A model generated the notes under the pieces. The model was not told the DNA's origin. It ran no database searches and was given only the letters and a program-made list of their open reading frames with translations. The position numbers and the translations under genes are program-made. This document shows positions 24,012 through 37,879 of a stretch of DNA of 64,000 nucleotides, piece after piece; positions within the stretch are counted from its first letter, which is position 1, and each line of letters begins with the position of its first letter. The stretch comes from Basidiobolus meristosporus CBS 931.73 (lineage: Eukaryota; Fungi; Basidiobolomycota), in NCBI GenBank assembly GCA_002104905.1, contig MCFE01000242.1:1-64000 (forward strand), read 5' to 3'.

Positions 24012-25085
24012 ATGTCGTTTATACCGCCCACCTTGCCGCACCTGAGAAACACAAGGCAGGAGGCGTTATCTTTATACAAAGCTCTACTGAAAGAAGGCTC
24101 TCGATTTTTTGACGCCCATGCCAGGTGCGTTTTCACTATATATCAGAACCACCCCTGCAGACGCTGATTTGTCTAATTAGAGAGTATGTTCTGGAGAGAA
24201 TTCGTAACCGTTTCCGCACCTACCAGAACTGGACCTACGTTCCAAGAATACTGAGTAAGCTCTCGGAAGGTAGAAAGGTAGTTTACTGCTGACAGAGTGG
24301 CTGACAAATCCTCAAGCTCACCCTATACTTCCATAACTTTCAGGGCTTGAAACATCTGAAGCAAGCTAACCGAAACGATAGCAAGTCGGTGATGCGGGTC
24401 TTGGAGCTTGCGTATTCCAGACGTGGAAAAAGAAGGCACGACCTGTTGAAAGTAAGCCGTTTTTTGAATAGGTATGGAGATCACCATGTTTCTAAGCATT
24501 GTTCCTTTACAGCCTTTCTTGACCCCACCCGCCCACGACGAGTTCGGACAGAATCCCAAAATCATGGGTCACCCGGTACACCCCGTTTTGCACCAACTCC
24601 TCAAATCACAAGTCAAGTCACTGGAGCTTGGCACACCTTCGGACACAGCGCTGACTCCGGTTCGTATTCGAAACATGAAGCAGAGACACCATGAGCGGAA
24701 CCTCGCCGCAGTTTATCCTCCGTTACCCAAGGATTTTGTACAGACCATCGTGGACAAAGCGCAGCTTACCGACATTGCTCAGCAGCTGAGCACCCCCAAA
24801 TTCATGCCCGGGAAAAGCTATGACGGCCTGGGCCAATTGCGGAACAAGTCAATCCCACCACGAGCCCGGCGGCGATACTTCCAGAAGCTCCTAACCCAGA
24901 TTCCCATGGTGGAAGTTCAACCCTCGGCTCAACCCAGCACCAGCACCAGCACCAAATGCAAAATCACCGTTCACAAATCGCCACATGCCATAGGGGAACG
25001 CTTTTCGTCGATAAATCACTACGATCTCTGTGGTTTAAGTGCTGATGAATTAAGTAAAAAACCCTCGAGGAAATCGGCCAAATGA
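24012..25085 (+). CDS. LYR-motif (Complex1_LYR_2-like) protein, probably mitochondrial, multi-exon
   Basis: ALSLYKALLKEG..IRNRFR..GLKHLKQAN..VLELAYSRRGKRRHDLLK. Confidence 0.75.
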
Positions 25086-25408
25086 TTGCTCAGCTTAGAG
25101 AGGCATCAAATAGCATTAGTCCCTTTCCCATCCCCCAATAGACTAAAACAATACAAATAATTAAATACATGTAATCAACCAAGATTCAGACAAGCGGTAA
25201 AAAAATATCGACAAAAGAAAGCTGTCTCGAATTAGCACTGGCCAATGGCTGGTGGTCAACAACACACATTACAATCACTTCCAGAGAGCCTTTCTCTGGA
25301 GTTCTTTCTTTACCAGAACCTTATCCTCCCCCACTATCCTGAGACACCGCCAAGATTGTTCTTTGACAAGCGTACTTTCCACCTGTTCCCGAGTGCTTCG
25401 AATATCTT

Positions 25409-27730
25409 ATGATCATCACTTTTATCCCGTTAAATGTCCAGATTTTTGTGGCTTCCACTGTGGGGCTCCTTTTATTTTTACTCTTGCTGTCACAGGCCAG
25501 ATATCTGGTTGGGAATCTGTTCGGCCTTGTAAGAAATAGTTTTCTGTATTCACTGTTCTCCCCTTTCACCTTCGTCATAAACTGGCTTTTCAGTGGGATC
25601 TTCGCCGAAACGGAGCTGGACATTTTATCGGAGAATCGAAACCACCTCAACGACCATGACTCTGGTGGGTGCTCTGACTGCTTGACACTCACTTTACCCT
25701 GATTGATTCCAAAGTTCCTACAAACTAACTATCTCACTATACCCTGCAGAAGATGGAGGTTACATCTACGGCTTGGTTAACACAGGGAATTCCTGCTTTC
25801 TGAACTCTGTTCTTCAGGTAGTTCGCGTGGTTGCCCAGTTTCTTTCCTGATTTGCAGTCACGAACTTTACTGTCGCCCTCAACAGAGTCTCGCGACTTCC
25901 TGTTATTTAGATGAATATTTGGTCGATATGGAGGAGAGAAAAAACCTGTTCAACTGCAAAGAACCCGTCGAATTACCGGTCTCCAACGCATTGCTGAATA
26001 CATGCACTGGTATGTCCACCGCATTTCTTTTCTTGTGTCCCACATGCTCATCAGTTTCTACTTGTGGGTAGTTCTGAATCAAAAGATCCCGAGGCCCAAA
26101 GCCTTCAGGCCGCGTTTGGTGGTAGAGGCACTTAGAAATAATCGTCGAGTCGTGAACCAAGAGCAGCAGGTACGGAGCAGCATCCTTAGGCGGCCAGTGT
26201 CCGGTGGAATAACTCTTCAACATTTAGGATGCGCAAGAGCTATTCCAAATCATATCCTCAGCCTTAAGCGCAGAGGAAGCCAATATTACTTCATCTGTTC
26301 AGCCATTATTGGATGTTGGTTTTTTAAAAGGGACTTCAGCGAAGCAGAAGGTTTAATTTGAAAGTCAACTAATTGATATAGTCACCCCTCAGTTCTAAAT
26401 GGAAACCAATTATAGAACACCATTACTAGCCCGCCCAATCACTCAACTACCATTAAGAACCCATTTTCTGGCCTTCTTGCTAGTAGATTGGCATGCGGCC
26501 AATGCGGATACACAGTAATTATTTTACTTTACCCTTTCACCCACATATTACTCGTTCCAACCTCTCGTTCCTTTCCAGGAAGCCATTCGTCACTTCACAT
26601 TCGATAACATCTCGCTTACCCTGCCGCACAAGGTAAGTTGTTGCGCTTACTAACGCTCCTACCGCCTACATCTAACTCTTGATGACAACGGAGTATAGAG
26701 AATTTGCTCCTTGGAGGACTGTTTACGTTCTTACATCGAGATTGAAACCTTGGAAGATGCTTCATGCCGTAGATGTTCGCTGAAGGCCACCCTGGCTGAT
26801 TACGACAGCAGAATCAAGCAAGATTGGCACGAACCCAAAATCCAAGAAGTTAAAGAAGTTGAAAGAGCAGCGAGAGTTCGTACGAAGCTCGCTAACCTCC
26901 AACATCGAGGCGGAAATGGTAAAGTTTGGAAGGCCTTAGTTGGCGAGCACGCCAAGGCTAATATGATCTGATTTTTCTTTTTAGGGAGATGTCAAGTTGG
27001 TTAGATCCGTGCCAAAAATCTCCACCAAGCAGGTCATGATTGCAAAGGTATGAAGCGCAGTTCATGCTTCTCAACTGGACGTGTTGATTTACTCGATACC
27101 CATTAGCCACCCCTTACGTTGTGTCTGCATCTCTCTCGATCTGCCATCAATCCATACGGATATATCGTTAAAAATGGTTGCCAAGTGGTATTTCCGGAAT
27201 ACTTGGATCTATCCCCATTCTGTACGACAGGTCACTTGAACACCCGTCCAAATCTTCCTCTGTCGCTGCCAGAAGAAGAGAGCCAATCTTGCTACAAGTA
27301 CCGTCTGCAAGCCATCATTGTACACTATGGTGATCACTCATATGGGCATTTCGTATCGTATCGTCGTAAGCCTGTGTCCAGGGATGCGGTTCCCATTGAA
27401 GGAGAGACTCTACCTCCCGCCTCAGATGAATGGTATTTGGTGTCGGACGACCACGTCGAGCTGGTTCCGATCGAACGTGTGCTAGGGGCGAATCCATACA
27501 TGCTTCTGTATGAACAAGTGACCAAGCCCAGGAGTGAATCTCACGGTGAGACCAGTTTGGTTAAGCGTGCCACGACGTTAGCTCAAGATTCCTCCCCACC
27601 AACCGTTTACAATAGCCCGCCATTCTCCCTGAGATCGACCTCACTCACCCCGTCTCAGCTCAAGAGCATGAAGCTATGTCGTAAGCGGTCGAGTGTCACT
27701 TTGATCCAGAGAAGTCCGGTTACTGCCTGA
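25409..27730 (+). CDS. Ubiquitin-specific protease (peptidase C19) with N-terminal TM anchor, USP30/Ubp16/Ubp1-like
   Basis: Cys box GLVNTGNSCFLNSVLQ (~25760-25817); His box YRLQAIIVHYGDHSYGHFVSYRR; WYLVSDDHV; hydrophobic N-terminus. Confidence 0.9.
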
Positions 27731-28415
27731 GTGCATTCTCCTCTCCTCCCCTTCTCTTCTCACCGTCCCCTCGCCCATCGATATATATTATACCTGGCGA
27801 ATTAGATTCCATTCACACCCGCACGCACCCGCACCCGCACACTCACCCGCAACCACATCAACCACCTCTCAATCCCTTACGTACACTTTTAATACTACAG
27901 ACCATTGTACACTCGATTTTTCTATGGATATTTTGTGACTAAATCTTGGGAGATCCCCTAGAACTCACCCACCCACCTACCTACCTATCTGTATACACCG
28001 GCGTTGATAGCATTGATAGGCTTGTGTTCCATCCAACTCGCTATCATGTGAAATACGCACTTGGAGATGGGGTCGCTTGGTAACACATCCGTCCCTCTCG
28101 TATCGATTGGTTGCACCACTGGAGAATTCAATGTAGGATTATATTTTACTTTCGGAACCAGAACGAATTTCAATTCACGTGAGTCAGGGGTAGGGGTAGG
28201 GGCAGACTGGAAGGAGAATGGTCAGTAAATATGTAATAAGGAAGGGATCAACGCAGGATTGGTGGGTCTGCTGGGTTGAATAGAATCGAATCATGGGATC
28301 TAAAAGGGTAAGTTGTAGGTGCGGTATGACTGTGGTGGTGACATGTGAATCAATTAGTAGGTAGGCTGAGGGTGAGGGTGAGGGTGGGGGTGCGTGTTAA
28401 GGAACTATCATGTCT

Positions 28416-31400
28416 CTATTGTTGACCAGTAAGTGCGCTCAAGATCTCGGTCATTTCTTCGCGGGTCTTGGGCTTGAGTTGGAATTCGGGTGGGCTGAGG
28501 ACCTGTTGGAACACTTGGATCAGGTGTTGAGCGTGTGACATGATGATGGGGTTGTTGGCACGGATCAAGGTGAAGATGCAGCGATAGACTGGTTCGTTCT
28601 CCTCGAAGTCACGGCGCAGTGGAAGGGCTTGGAGGAATACAGGAAGAACTTGGTCCATCGGGACGGCCTCGGGACGGGCCATGATCATACGGGCCAGGGC
28701 GCCGCATGCGTTGTCGGTCATGTTTGCTAGTGACTGGCGCTGGAAGAGTGGGTGAAGTCCCATGAGGATGGTTAGGTATTGGCTGGACAAGTCGACCGAG
28801 GCATTTTCGCAGAGCACACCGATGGCGAAGGCACCGTTGCTGCGCACCTCCTCCTCCTCATCGTTGAGCGATTTCAAGAAAAGGTTCAACATGTCTTCGG
28901 TGAACTCGGTGACTCCCTGCTTCAATCCGGAGCAAACTTCTCCAAGACAACCGATGGCCATGGATCTGTCGGAAACGGGTCTGGATTTCTTGTAGTACTT
29001 CTTCATGTGAGGGATGAACACGCGGGCGTACTGGAGGAACTCGGGGCCCACGGTTTGAGACAAGGCACCGATCACGTCGGAGGCAGCACTGATCAGCAGG
29101 GCATCATGCTCCGCTTGCTCCTCCTCATCCAACAAACCATCCTCATCCTCTTGGTCCATTTGGCAGAGGGCCTTCTTCTCCAACACCTGGAGAATGTGGG
29201 TGGCGATGGCGTCCAGGTTGTCGGCGATGAGGGCGGGGCCGATGCTCTTCATAGAGGCGACCATCTCGTGGCAAATCTGGATCACCACCAACTTGTCGTC
29301 TTCCTCCTCCCACATTCTCAAGACGGTGGGGATGACCAACTTGATCATGGAGTCGACGTTCTCGTGGACAGGTGTCTTGGGGGGCAGACCGGCAACCCAG
29401 TCGTCAGGGTTCGACATCTCGTGGAAGGTGTTGAGGAATTGGAACAGGGATCCGACCACGGCCTTGCGTACGCTGTCGGAGTAGTGCTCGCTCAGCTTGA
29501 CCAGCTCCTGTACGGATGCCTCGACGTATGGCAAGAAGTGGGAACGGGTATTCTCGAAGATCTCACCAAGGGCGTCGGCAGCGATCTCCTTCTCGTCCGC
29601 GATGGCAGAGTTGAATTGGAACGCTTGCTCGTCGTCCTCATCATCCATATCACCAGTACCAAGATCCTCCTCCCCACCAAGGAAGTCATCCTTTTCCTCG
29701 GCTTGGCAACTTTGAATCAATTGAGGAACGATGGTGTTAAGGTAGGGGGCGAGGTCATCCTGAATCACGCGGCCGATAACGGCGAAGAAGCAGTATGCGC
29801 ACTCCCTAAGTCTAGAGGACTCGAATTGCATGCCTTCGGTGGCGTAGTGGATGAGCTCATTGAGATGAGGCTGAACCAGCTCACGGCCAACTGCTTCGGC
29901 AATGGCACCGGCGGTGTCAGTAGCAACTCCGCGGAGCATCATCTCTTCGTGGTTACCCTTGATGGTCATCATATGCTTCAATCTGGCGATGACTTCGGGG
30001 AAGTATGGCTTGAATTCCTCTCCGGCAGCGTGGGCAGCAGAACCGATGGCAGCGGTGACAGTGGCCTTGACCTCAAGTCCGCTATGGTCCAACAAAAAGA
30101 CGAGCTTCTCCATTACCTGGGGAAGGTATTGGATGACGTTGTCTCCAAGACCTTCAAGAATGGCGTCCAATGCGTTGCAGGCCTGCTTGTTGGTCTCGGT
30201 GTTGGGGTCGTTCATAAGGTTCAAGATAAGTGGCAAGAGTGTGGCGTGTTGAGCGGCGATCTCTTCATCGAGCTCATCGGCAAGGCAGCCAAGTGCCATA
30301 CAGGCCGCTCTTCTCACAACCAGGTCGGGATCTTGAAGTCCGGTGCAGACCAAAGGAAGGAGATCATTGATCTTGGGGCGAAGGAAATCAGCGCAACCTT
30401 CGATGGAGACAGCAAGAGACATCATGGCAGACTTTCTGTATCTGGGGTCTTGGTTTTGCATGTATGCAAGTACATGCTCAATGACGACTGGGAACACCTG
30501 TTGAGGGGGAAGGTTGGTGGCCAAGGCATTCAAGACCTTGAAGGCGGAGCGTGATGGAGAATCTTCGTCAATATCCTCGGGGTCCTCCTCAACACCAATT
30601 GGCATCAAACGCTGGACGATAGGACCAACCAACTTGAGTCTCTGGATTCTGGCCTTCTTGTAGACGGCGGTCCACATCATGAAGGACAAAGCCATGACAC
30701 GCATGGAGCCATCGTATTCTTGGTTGGCACTAACGCCCAAGAAGAAGTCGATCAACTCGGCAATATGCTTGGAAAGAAGTGGGGTCTCCAGCATGAGAAT
30801 AGAGTCGAAGACTTCGAAACCTTTTGAGGCGGAGTCCTCGTCGCTGTCGGCAAGGCACTGTTGCAACACAGCGACCATAGCGGGGACGAGGTCTTGGAAC
30901 ATCTTGACCTCCTCCTTGTTCTCGGGCTCGATGAAGTCGGCAATCTTTCCTAGAGCCTGAAGCGTGATCACTCTGACGGCCTTGCTCTCTGGATCGGCAA
31001 TAGAGGCCTTGAAGAGCTCGAACAATTGGCGGATGTGTTCTTGGAAGAAATCGGCGATGACTTCGAAGAGGGTGAAGAGGATGTACACACCAACCTACGA
31101 AACAACCCCGAACCGGTTAATCTTCATGCTAAAGCCTTACTCGTCCGACGTGTTGTTACCTCACGATGTCCAGCGTTAGGGCTGCTACAGCATTGGTAAA
31201 GGAATTGGATCAGGTCGGTCCACTTGTTGGCGGGAAGCTCCAACTTGGCAATGGAGGAGATGACACGAGCAGCGGAGTGACGGGTAAGCGCTCTATCGGA
31301 CAAAGTGGTTTAGTAGGCAACTCTGCAACTAGGTCGGCTGCATCATACGCACTGAGGTTCCTGAACGATGTACTCCAACAATTGGGTCTTGATGGTCTGC

Positions 31401-31849
31401 TGCAAACCTTCATCTAGCTGAGGCCAGAATTTGGAGGTTCTCTTTCTCAATTCAACGGCGGCAAGCTGTCTGATCTGAAAGGTGGCTTCGCCGTTAGTGT
31501 ACATACTCGGGGCAAGAGCCTTCAGTTGTAGCACATCATACCTGCCAGTGAGGAGACTTCTGAAGGATTTCGGTCAAAGCAGGTATGCAATTGGCATTGG
31601 TGTAGTATTGAGTGTTCAAGGTGGAGGTGGCCTTGACGAAGGGTAATCAGCATACCGAGTTGCGAAACGATAGAGTTGCCCCGATACTTACAGCTCTAAT
31701 TCTAGCAGTGTCGGTAGCTCCGAACACCAACTCGTTAAGAAGGGCATCCAAACCGGCAAGATATTGTTGCTAAGGGGCGGGGAACCAAAACCATTTAATA
31801 CTCCCTTCGGTTAGGCCAAGCGAATATTGAAAAAGTGGCTCACATCCAT
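28416..31849 (-). CDS. KAP123: Importin beta-4 / karyopherin Kap123, multi-exon
   Basis: HEAT repeats; QIRQLAAVELRKR; EEDPEDIDEDSPSR; LPLRRDFEENEP. First coding exon is ATG GAT only. Confidence 0.92.
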
Positions 31850-32328
31850 TTCGGCAAGTGAAAAAAGTCAACTCTCGTAGAGCAAAGGCGGGAGAAGGAC
31901 GAGGCGAAATAGCTAGGGATCACCCGCACACCAGATAAGCATGTTGCTGGCCTATGCTTCAACTTTTTTTTACTTTTTTTTCGATTTCGGCTGCTGTGGT
32001 ATGAATGTGGTACCAATGTGATATCGAATGATCAGGATTAAATTGGATACATATATAGAAAGGGTCATGGCTGTGATCACTGAGGGCTGCGTTCGGATAT
32101 TAATTAGCTGGCCGTTGTCGTAGAGAGTGAACATTCCTTGGCTCAGCTAGGCCAGGCCAATTGGATAAGGGTTGGTTTTCGTGATCATAGACAGATGTTT
32201 GAACAGTTTACTAATACAATTATATACATTCCATTGAGATTAAAATTATGAAACCGGATATAAGTAACTTGAACAGCTGGGCAGAAACCGAATTTACAAA
32301 GGATCTTCTAAGATTAAGTGAAGCCGTA

Positions 32329-34468
32329 TCAATGGCGCAGGATTTTGCAGAGTGAATTGGAGGAGGATGTCTTCTCGGCAGACAACGGTGTGGGCGACTG
32401 GGACCTTGCCCGTTTCTTGGTTATATCACTTTGAGCAGTGGACACCGAAGCCAATGCGTTCAACCCAGTCAGAAGGTCGCTCGGCTCTTCATGATTCTTC
32501 TCGTCGTTCTCCTGATGAGTGCTGCGAAAACCGGTGGATGGGAATGTCCCCATCACAGGGCCCTGAAACAAACGTTCTTCGTACATTCTCATGGAGCTAT
32601 CGGCCTGGGGTGGTGATGAACTTCCAGTGTTAATTGGAGTGTGGAACATGGGTGGTTTGGGCGCAATGGCTATTGGATGTTGAGGGATCTGGTGTCCAGA
32701 AGACACACTTGTTTGAGGAGTCGGTAGAATATCAATAGCCTTCCTCACAGGTGTTGGCGTTTGGTATGTGTTGTCGACATTAGTTGTGCGAGTAGGTGTC
32801 CGAGTAGGCGTGACTGGAGCCTGTGGCACACGTATCTCAGTGGATAGGAATTTCCCGCCATAATTAGCCTGTACACTTCCGTTCTTTAAAACCTTGATCC
32901 AACGCTGTCTACATTGATGGTAGCTCCGCCCTGGAACTGCCTTAGCCACCTGCTCCCAGTTCTTGCAACCATTAGCGGCCACTGCCTTCCTCAATAGGAC
33001 ATCCTCCTCAGGAGTCCACTTGACATACGGGCTTCTACCTTTTCGTTGAATCCCAGCATATGTCGGGTTGGTAGGAGGGGCTTGGGAGCTAGATGGGTTC
33101 AGGGCGCCGGCAGAATTGGCGGGCATGATGTGCTGCTGCAAAGGATTCATACCCTGGGAAATCTCTTTTTTCGGTGAAGGGGAGATTGGCTTGAAGGCTG
33201 TACTAACTTGGGAGGCGGGCTTCAGTGCGGGTGTTTCCAGTTTTGGGATCAGCTTCTTAGTGTGGCTAGGTGAAGGAAGCATTAGAGAGCGAGGTCTGCT
33301 TGGGGTGTCGGGTATCTTGGTATGAGTGAATTGAGTATCCGGCGAATCAGGCAGGGTGTCTTCCTATAACAGCATCTCTGTTAATAGCCACTCCAGACGA
33401 AAGTTGGTGAGGTGCAACAAACCTGGGATGATTCTGACGACCGTCTGTTGTCGTTTTCGTGCTAGATAACAAAGCAATATGGAGGATGTCAGCAATGTTC
33501 GTCAGCAATTTTAGCGTCTAGCCCCTTACCTCTCCCGAGCTGAATAATTCCTCTTTTTTCAACGTTGGCTTGATAGGAAGTGGAGTCAAATCAGAGGGTA
33601 ACATCGCTGAGGGATTAGTCATCTGTTTCGTGGGGGTAGTAGGCGGTGAGCCCTCATTATCGGCTTCATGAGAAAGCATCTGATCAGCAAGTAAAAATAA
33701 ATTTTCGAATCCAGAGGCTGTAGTACTGGGAGCAGCCTGAACAACAGAGTCGCAATGATAAGTGGTTGTCCAAGAGCGTGTGCACAGGGTAACTTACGCT
33801 TTCGTCATGGGAGTGTTTTTTGGGCAGCTTTTTTGAGCGTCTTGGCTGTTCACATCAATCAGCTATGGATTCGTTTGAAATGCCCCATTTGACAGCGAGC
33901 CAGAAAGCCTACCTTTGATCGTGAATCCTCATACCTAGCCAGACGTTGGTATGTCTTTTCGAGTCTTTGGTTTAGACTTGAAATTACTTGTGATTGAAGA
34001 TTACTCTCGACTGTGGTTTGCAAGCGGGTTTCCTCGTCCCTATTCTGATAATATCTTTTCATACACTGCAGCTCTTGAAAATCACTGATGGCCTCTTCCT
34101 GCACTTTTTCCAGCTGTCGGAGAGTCAGGCTACCAATACTTCAATGATGGGGAATCGCAGGATGCTCTACCTTTGCCAAAAATTCTTCCCGCTGTTTCTT
34201 TATAGCCTCTTCCAGATGATGTGCATAGTCAAGGGTTTTCCTAAGCTAGGTCCGTTAAACAAATGGTTTAGCTAAGCCATCGTAATATGCGTGCCAGATA
34301 TGTTATTCACCTGCTCTTTGAGATCGTTTTCAATGTTCTCAGGAGCTTCGGCTGGCGGCTTCAAACAGACCCAAGTTATCGGCTGTAACAACATGCACCC
34401 TATGCTTTCTGAATAGATACCTCTAATCGTACAGGATATTCCTTTTTGACACACTGCTCCGCCTCCAT
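32329..34468 (-). CDS. Single-Myb/SANT-repeat protein with N-terminal coiled coil; further 5' exons up to ~34900 are likely
   Basis: YVKWTPEEDVLLRKAV..NWEQVAKAVPGRSYHQCRQRW; upstream spliceable coiled-coil exons (LRKTLDYAHHLEEAIKKQREEFLAK). Confidence 0.8.
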
Positions 34469-35689
34469 TTCTGTAATGGTGTGAGTACGTAGCCTGGGGA
34501 TTGTTACCTTCCTACCCTACCTGAATTATTGCGCAAGCCAGTTGGCAAGAGCGTGAGCTCAAGTTTTAGCTGCGCACTTTTCCCCCACTTGTAAACCTGC
34601 ATGGAGAATAGTGGTAAGTTGGTAAGGTATGCTACAGTATAGATCAACTTCTCGCAACGCTCTCCCACCTGTTGCCTGACTTGTTCAAGTATACTTGTAA
34701 GCTGTAGGTCGACATCTGATAGAATAATACTTATGGCCAGCTTCTCAAAGGTAACGTCCGGCTTCGTATCTATCGTTAATAGCTTGAATGAGTATTCAGT
34801 ATACTATAGTCTTTTGTTGAACCTCAAGTGACCTTTGCAAGCTGCAGTTGTGAATAGTGTGGGCTCTTCAGACAGAGGAGGAGGAGATAAAGGCATTCTT
34901 CACGCAGTTGGATAGAGAAACAATGTTGTGGTAGGAATACAAAGGCGACGAAGAGAGGGGAGAAGAAGTATAACAAGTTCAGTCAAAAAGAATGAGTAAG
35001 TGACGTGACATGTTTTTAGCAATTTTGTGACGGTGATGGATTGGTGGAAGTAATTTCGGGTTAGGGTTCTGAGGAAGATTTCAAATAAGCAGCTGAGCTT
35101 ACTGCGTGCCCCCTCCACTTCAACCTAATTCGTCTCCTCATTATTTAAATCCAAAATCCATCTTAAAATGTAAAACACAACATAGAGTAATCCCATCATT
35201 GGTTAGGATTCCACACCTGCACCTCGTTTGTTACACCAAATCAGTGCTAATACCGAAGCCAACATCTGCTTGAGTTCTACAGAACGTGTATGGACATGGA
35301 GTCGGTCAACCTAGCTGCGATCCTTTAACGCTGCCATTGGCCGGATTTGAGGGTTAAGGAGCGATGCCTTGTGCCCTGAAGGCAGACAGGGGCCAATATT
35401 TGGCTTTTGCGAGCAGAAATCGCCTGTCAACATTTCTGAACTCCACTCCACATCATTGGCTGCTAGGTAAGACAGCTCTACAGCAGCTCAATGTCCACTT
35501 GACCTCCATCCACCAATTGCAACAATAGATCAATGGACATGTTTAATACTCTGGATATAGTCAAACTGCCAGTTTGCAATGAGGACTATTTCTCGATTGA
35601 TGTGCAGTGTATGATGCGAGATACGAGATGCGTGAAGCGTGAAGCGTGATGCTTAAACTCGGTGTAGTGCTTTATTCAAAAGAGGGGCC

Positions 35690-36631
35690 CTATTCATCTT
35701 TTCTATACTCGATCTTTTCAACCTTGACTTCGTCGTCTATGAGTTGGTACACGTAGGTGACAACAGTTGTTCCCTGAATGTCCATGAGGACAAAGGATGG
35801 GGTGGTGTCGCTAAAGATTTCATGTAAGCAATGGGCATCTCGGTGGGAAGGTTGATATGGATGTGGGACTTACCCAGCTAAGCCGCTGAATGCCCCGGTT
35901 GCGCTACCAGGGTTGACGAAGAACTTGCCTTCGTATTCGAACGCCTCGAAACGGTGAGTATGTCCGGATAATAAAATGTCGACATCCATTTGACGTGCAA
36001 CAATCCCCAACGACTCGGTATCTCCCCAGGGAATAACCTGGTGACCGTGTAAAACACCAATTTTCAAAGGGCCATGCTGTATGATCTTGGTCAAGGGCCA
36101 GGAGTTGTTCTACAGAGGCGTGTTTAATTTACCATCTTGTGTGTATCCGTGCTCCCACCTCTTCACTTTACCTCATCATAATCCCCTTTGACTATATTGA
36201 CATCGCTGGAAACCGTACGAAGGTACTCGAAGGTCTCTTTATCGCAGACGTTTCCGGTGCAGATGATTTGCTGGATTTTTCCGGGCACCTAAGATGGAGA
36301 CGGAGAATATGAGTGGAAGGAAAGACGATTCTTGGGATTCCCAAGAATAAACTCCAGCAAAAGATAGGATAGGATAAGACTGGGCTGGACTGGGAAGATG
36401 AGGAATCCGACACTAACCAGTAGCTTCTTGAATTTCTGGGGAAGATCGTGAGCGCGATATGGAATGTGGAGGTCACCGATTACGAGAACTAGCTAAGGAA
36501 AGTAGGCATGGTTTAGAACGGACTTTGCGTCAATTACGGGCCGTCGTAGTTAGGATGAGGTGCACTATGCTTCCTGACTATAGCGACGGACATTATGTTA
36601 TTTCTTAGGTAATTGACGGACTTACCACCAT
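35690..36631 (-). CDS. VPS29: Retromer subunit Vps29, multi-exon
   Basis: MV|[25 protein letters not shown]; [13 protein letters not shown]; DILLSGHTH; [10 protein letters not shown]; VKVEKIEY. Confidence 0.97.
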
Positions 36632-37059
36632 ACTTGGATGAGTTAAGTTGGTATATATGGAGCAAAAGTGAGTCAAAGACGAAGTTGGCGTGGTTTCGAT
36701 TACGTTGGAAACCTTGGCTCTCGAAATCAATACTGAAAAGTTGCCTCGAGCAAACGTCGTTCATTTCCCCATTTCCAGGAGCCAATCCTTTTTCACCAAG
36801 ACTAGTCTTGATTTTGTTCTCATGGTGCATTCCTCAATTTCGCATAATTTAATCCCCTTAATAAACATCCGGTCGATAAATTTTGAATAAACCATTAGGT
36901 TAACATGGTTGAGGAATACGTTTAATCGCTCAAGAGGGGTTTCATACACTTGAGAACTTTCAGGTAACACGCATACTAGACATCAAAAACATCCACTACA
37001 TACTACGCACTACATTCGTGTTGGGCATCGACATCTTTGGCTACAGCAGTTTGGAGGTT

Positions 37060-37497
37060 TTAATTGACAAATGCGACAATGGCAGCAAAGAGACCGCCAG
37101 CGATGAAGCTTGGGCTCATGTGCATAGCACTGCTAGGAGTTTTAACAGGATTTTGAGGGCTCACGGGTGATTGAGATGGAGTGCCGCTAGCAGTACTTCC
37201 AGAGGGATGCGATTGAGTGGGTGCAGGACTGGGGGTTGAGGTCACAGAAGGGGTTGGGTTAGTGCCTGTTGGCTTCACCAAACTAGACTCTGGGACGGAC
37301 ATAGTTCCAGTGGGCTTAATCAAGCTGGTTTCTGGGATTGACATCGTACCGGAGGCGGATGGTTTAATTAGGCTGCTTTCAGGAATTTGCATGATTCCGG
37401 TTTCGGACGGGTTGATTGGGGCAGGGTCAATAATTTCCTGGCCGAAGGTTGAGGCAATGGCCAACAATCCAGAGAAAGCTAAGATAGAAGCGCGCAT
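37060..37497 (-). CDS. Secreted Ser/Thr/Pro-rich, probably GPI-anchored surface protein
   Basis: Signal peptide MRASILAFSGLLAIASTFG; three MxIPE(S/T)SL(I/V)KP repeats; omega-like SSA followed by a hydrophobic C-terminus. Confidence 0.85.
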   Translation of the reverse strand: MRASILAFSGLLAIASTFGQEIIDPAPINPSETGIMQIPESSLIKPSASGTMSIPETSLIKPTGTMSVPESSLVKPTGTNPTPSVTSTPSPAPTQSHPSGSTASGTPSQSPVSPQNPVKTPSSAMHMSPSFIAGGLFAAIVAFVN

Positions 37498-37879
37498 TTT
37501 GGTTGGAGAAAAGTACGATTGCGAGAAGCAGTATTTGGCCAGAGACCAAAGCCAGGCTTATATAATGCGCAACCCTTGGGGTGGTGATACCGTTCTAAAC
37601 CATGGTGAGAATCATGAGGTGAATGGGAACTCGTGTGACCCAGTTACCCAGCAAAAATGAAGTACTAATGGTCTTTTAGGAAACAACGAAATTGAATCGC
37701 CTGCTCAAGAAATGACGGTGAAACAAACAACAGTCATAGGACTTCGCCATATCTTCGCACACTTCAACCATCGCAGCAAGGATGGGAACCCACCTATTTG
37801 GCAAGTGATCTGCGGGCTGCGAGAAAGTCTATTTCCCAATTCACCTGGACATACGCCATGGGATCGATGGGAGGCTAAA

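Noticed and set aside
28779-30554. 591-aa plus-strand ORF
   Set aside because: Lies antisense within importin-4 and is explained by its codon bias; no domain or composition of a real protein.
36613-36852. Trp-rich 79-aa ORF
   Set aside because: Non-ATG start overlapping the VPS29 first exon and promoter on the opposite strand; no support.
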